From NCBI GenBank assembly GCA_041476685.1, contig JBGOTW010000003.1, forward strand, positions 1-49,658: a DNA stretch of 49,658 bases, given 5' to 3'. This DNA comes from a bacterium (GTDB taxonomy: Bacteria > SAR324 > JACQKK01). The position numbers were made by a program, and so were the translations under genes. Numbering within the stretch: position 1 is the stretch's first letter; each line of letters opens with the position of its first letter. The notes below the pieces were generated by a model. That model did not search any database. It had not been told where the DNA came from and saw nothing but the letters and a program-made list of their open reading frames with translations. Shown here one piece after another: positions 47,224 through 49,658 of the stretch.

Positions 47224-49329
47224 TTACCGCCGCTTCGAAGGAGCGCTGCTCCCGCGCCCGGAATCGCCGGGTCCCGAGATCAGCTTGCGCTCGGAGCTGA
47301 CGCGGAAGTTCGCGAGGAAGAGCCGCTCCTTGAATTCGCCGGGCGGATTGTTGTTCAGATCCGCGGCCGGTCCTCCGGTATAGATGCTCACCTGCCCGGG
47401 TCGTCCCGGCTGCCCCGAAGGTCCGGTAAATCCGGACTGTCCCTGGCGGCCGTTGAGCCCGTTTGGCGCGCCCGCCCGTCCGCCTGGCCCGCCCGCGCCC
47501 CCGCCTCCGCCCGCACCCTCCGCGCCGGGCACGGATTCCAGCTCGAAATGGCGCTGCAAGTCCGCCCGGCTCAAGAAGAGATGGATGTCTCCCCCGTCGC
47601 CGCCGGAGCTGCCCGGTCCGCCGCTGCCCCCGGGGCCGCCGTCCGCTCCATTGGCCGCGCCGGCGCCGCTGCCTCCGGCACCGCCCTCCCCGCCCGCTCC
47701 GCCCGCTCCGCCGCGCCCGCCGCTGGAGACGATCTTGAGCGGCGGATCGGTCGGCTTGCGGAAGAAGTAGCTCCGCTTGCCCTGGGCGGAGACCTCAACG
47801 AAGATCAGGTCCACCAGGCTGTCGAACGTCCGGGCGAGTGTCGCCGCAACAGTCACGTCCGGGCCGCGCTGGCCCGCGGCACCGGGGCCTCCGGGCTGAC
47901 CCGGATGTCCCGGGGAGGCTTCCGCGCGGGATGTGCCGCGGGCATCCTCACCCTTCGGGCCCGTGCGGCCGGCTTGGCCCGGCTGCCCCGGCTCCGTGGC
48001 GAACTGGACCAGCGGGGCCGTCAGCATGCGGTCCCGGTACCAGGCATACGGATACGGTTTCAGCACGAACGTCGCGGTGAGGTTCTTGCGGCCGCCGTAG
48101 GCGATCGTGAGCTGGTAGCTCTTGCCCGCCATCTTCACCGGGTCCGGCTCGGGCTCGAGGCGATCCTGCTCGAAATTGACGCGCAAATGGTCCGTCTGCA
48201 CGGTCAAGCGGCTCCACGGCAGGGGCAGCACGCCCGGGCTGCGCGGCCCCGTGGCAAACACCCGCCCCTTCTTGTCGGTCACGCGCACCTGGAACGGGAT
48301 CGCCTTGCCCGGATCGAGCGTGTCGTCCGCATTGAGACCGCGCAGCGGCACATCCAGGCTCTGCACATCGTCCGGCTCCGGCCCCAGGTAGGCGAGCGGC
48401 GGCAGCGGAAAGATGCGCGCCGCCCGCACCCGCGCGCCGGCCAGAGCCAGCTCGATCTCGTAGCGGCGGCGCTGCGGGGTGAACCAGTCGGGCAGCAGAG
48501 AGACGGTGAAGCGGCCCAGGTCCGCCGCAATGGCCTCCCCGCGCACGGCGAGACTGGCGGCAAGCATGGCGCGCACGGCGGGCATGTCGCTCGTGTATTC
48601 CCGCCCGCGCTGATCCTTGAGCTGCACGAACAGGCGGCCCGCCTCTCCCGGCAATAGCGCCCCGTCCGGAAAGGGCGTGCGCACGGTAAAGCGCATGTCC
48701 GTCACGTCCTCCGGCTGCAGGCCGCGCGCGAGGGGCCAGTCGGGACGGAAGGTCAGCTTGCGGACGAATCTCTTTTCGCCTGTTAGTTCAACCGTCAGCT
48801 CGTACATGCCCTTGACCAGCCGATCCGGCCGGGCCGCCGCCTGGATGCGCCGCTGCGTGGGAATCCACTCCAGGCCTGCGCCGCGCACGACGATGCGGCG
48901 CTCCCACAGGTCCGATTCGGGATCCACGCCGATCCGGTACACCTGCTCGGCCAGATCGCGGACGACGATGTCCACGGCGTACTCCTGACCCGGAATCAAC
49001 CAGCCTCCCGCCGCCACCGGGGCGCCGGAAATTTCGCGCACCGTGACCTCGAGGGCGGCGGCGACGGGGTGCTCCGGCTCGGGAATCTCCCCTGGGCGCT
49101 CCACGGGAGTAGCGACAGCGGGCGCAGCGGGCGTGATTGGAGGGGGCATGGAGCGGCAGCCGGCCAGCGCGCCGACCAGCAGAAGCACCGCCGCGATCCC
49201 GATCAGGACCAGGCGGATTCGCGAGACAAGCGACAGCGCCGTCCGTCGTCCGTACGCGGACGGGAGAGGACCGGCGACCCGCCCGCCTCGCGAGCCGCGA
49301 GCGGGCACGCCGTGCAGGATGCCATGCAT
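47224..49329 (-). CDS. large putative lipoprotein with three repeated beta-rich domains and Gly-X-Y/polyglycine segments (start uncertain)
   Basis: Hydrophobic stretch plus LAGC lipobox, Pro-rich linker, three ~105-aa repeats, collagen-like triplets. Confidence 0.75.
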   Translation of the reverse strand: MHGILHGVPARGSRGGRVAGPLPSAYGRRTALSLVSRIRLVLIGIAAVLLLVGALAGCRSMPPPITPAAPAVATPVERPGEIPEPEHPVAAALEVTVREISGAPVAAGGWLIPGQEYAVDIVVRDLAEQVYRIGVDPESDLWERRIVVRGAGLEWIPTQRRIQAAARPDRLVKGMYELTVELTGEKRFVRKLTFRPDWPLARGLQPEDVTDMRFTVRTPFPDGALLPGEAGRLFVQLKDQRGREYTSDMPAVRAMLAASLAVRGEAIAADLGRFTVSLLPDWFTPQRRRYEIELALAGARVRAARIFPLPPLAYLGPEPDDVQSLDVPLRGLNADDTLDPGKAIPFQVRVTDKKGRVFATGPRSPGVLPLPWSRLTVQTDHLRVNFEQDRLEPEPDPVKMAGKSYQLTIAYGGRKNLTATFVLKPYPYAWYRDRMLTAPLVQFATEPGQPGQAGRTGPKGEDARGTSRAEASPGHPGQPGGPGAAGQRGPDVTVAATLARTFDSLVDLIFVEVSAQGKRSYFFRKPTDPPLKIVSSGGRGGAGGAGGEGGAGGSGAGAANGADGGPGGSGGPGSSGGDGGDIHLFLSRADLQRHFELESVPGAEGAGGGGGAGGPGGRAGAPNGLNGRQGQSGFTGPSGQPGRPGQVSIYTGGPAADLNNNPPGEFKERLFLANFRVSSERKLISGPGDSGRGSSAPSKRR

Positions 49330-49368
49330 GGCACGCACGATACCACGACACTGGTGCGGAACCCAACC

Positions 49369-49506
49369 GGCCCCCACGCAAAATCCAGATTCAGCCGTGC
49401 TGGCACAAGCGTTGCCCGTTTGTTCGCACCGCACGCTCGCTTCGCTCGCGCCGCAGGCGGGAGCGCACGGCCGATTCGACACAAACGAGGACTTTTCGGT
49501 CGCCCT
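49369..49506. mobile_element. MITE family B, 'empty' copy (inverted relative to 25117-25422)
   Basis: Ungapped alignment to both arms of 25117-25422 without the 162-bp insert; right IR ggacttttcggtcgccct; left IR decayed. Confidence 0.85.
49401..49415 (+). promoter_or_regulatory. sigma54-type -24/-12 motif inside MITE B
   Basis: TGGCAC-AAGCG-TTGC. Confidence 0.45.
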
Positions 49507-49522
49507 ACGGGGAGCGGGCCGC

Positions 49523-49657
49523 CTACTTGCCAGCAGCCGGCTTGTTGGCATCCTCCGCCTGCGCCTGGCCGAGCGGCCGCACCTGATCCAGGAACTCGGT
49601 GAACAGGTTGTCGATCAGGCGCGGCCCCACGTCCTGCTCCAGCGTCAGGATGGACTC
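49523..49657 (-). CDS. C-terminus of a class I glutamine amidotransferase (anthranilate synthase TrpG/TrpEG or PabA type), partial
   Basis: ESILTLEQDVGPRLIDNL matches the tail of the QFHPESILT..G..L..N motif; TAG at 49523-49525. Confidence 0.6.
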   Translation of the reverse strand, partial: ESILTLEQDVGPRLIDNLFTEFLDQVRPLGQAQAEDANKPAAGK

Positions 49658-49658
49658 A

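Overview
High-GC bacterial chromosome segment. The host is probably diderm, given Omp85-like barrels and a lipoprotein. Housekeeping and metabolic genes: tRNA-Thr(CGT), rplM-rpsI, pckG, glpK, a RecQ-family helicase, a metB-family gene, a MetE2-type gene and AcuI/YhdH. Other loci: a MaoC-MmgE/PrpD-acyl-CoA dehydrogenase-CoA transferase catabolic cluster, two tandem POTRA-less Omp85-like genes, an ABC peptide/nickel-type locus with five intact family-5 binding-protein paralogues plus an eroded sixth copy, and a large lipoprotein with three repeated domains and Gly-X-Y/polyglycine segments. Several relics are not shown as such by the ORF track: an IS3 left end, an amidohydrolase fragment and a frameshifted hicA. 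The most unusual signal is non-coding. The intergenic regions hold several families of short TIR-bounded (MITE-like) elements that carry palindromic REP-like doublets. One MITE is present both 'filled' (25117-25422) and 'empty' (~49369-49506), and both copies keep a consensus sigma54 -24/-12 motif. No intact transposase, integrase or CRISPR array was seen. All calls come from reading the sequence by eye; no database searches were run.
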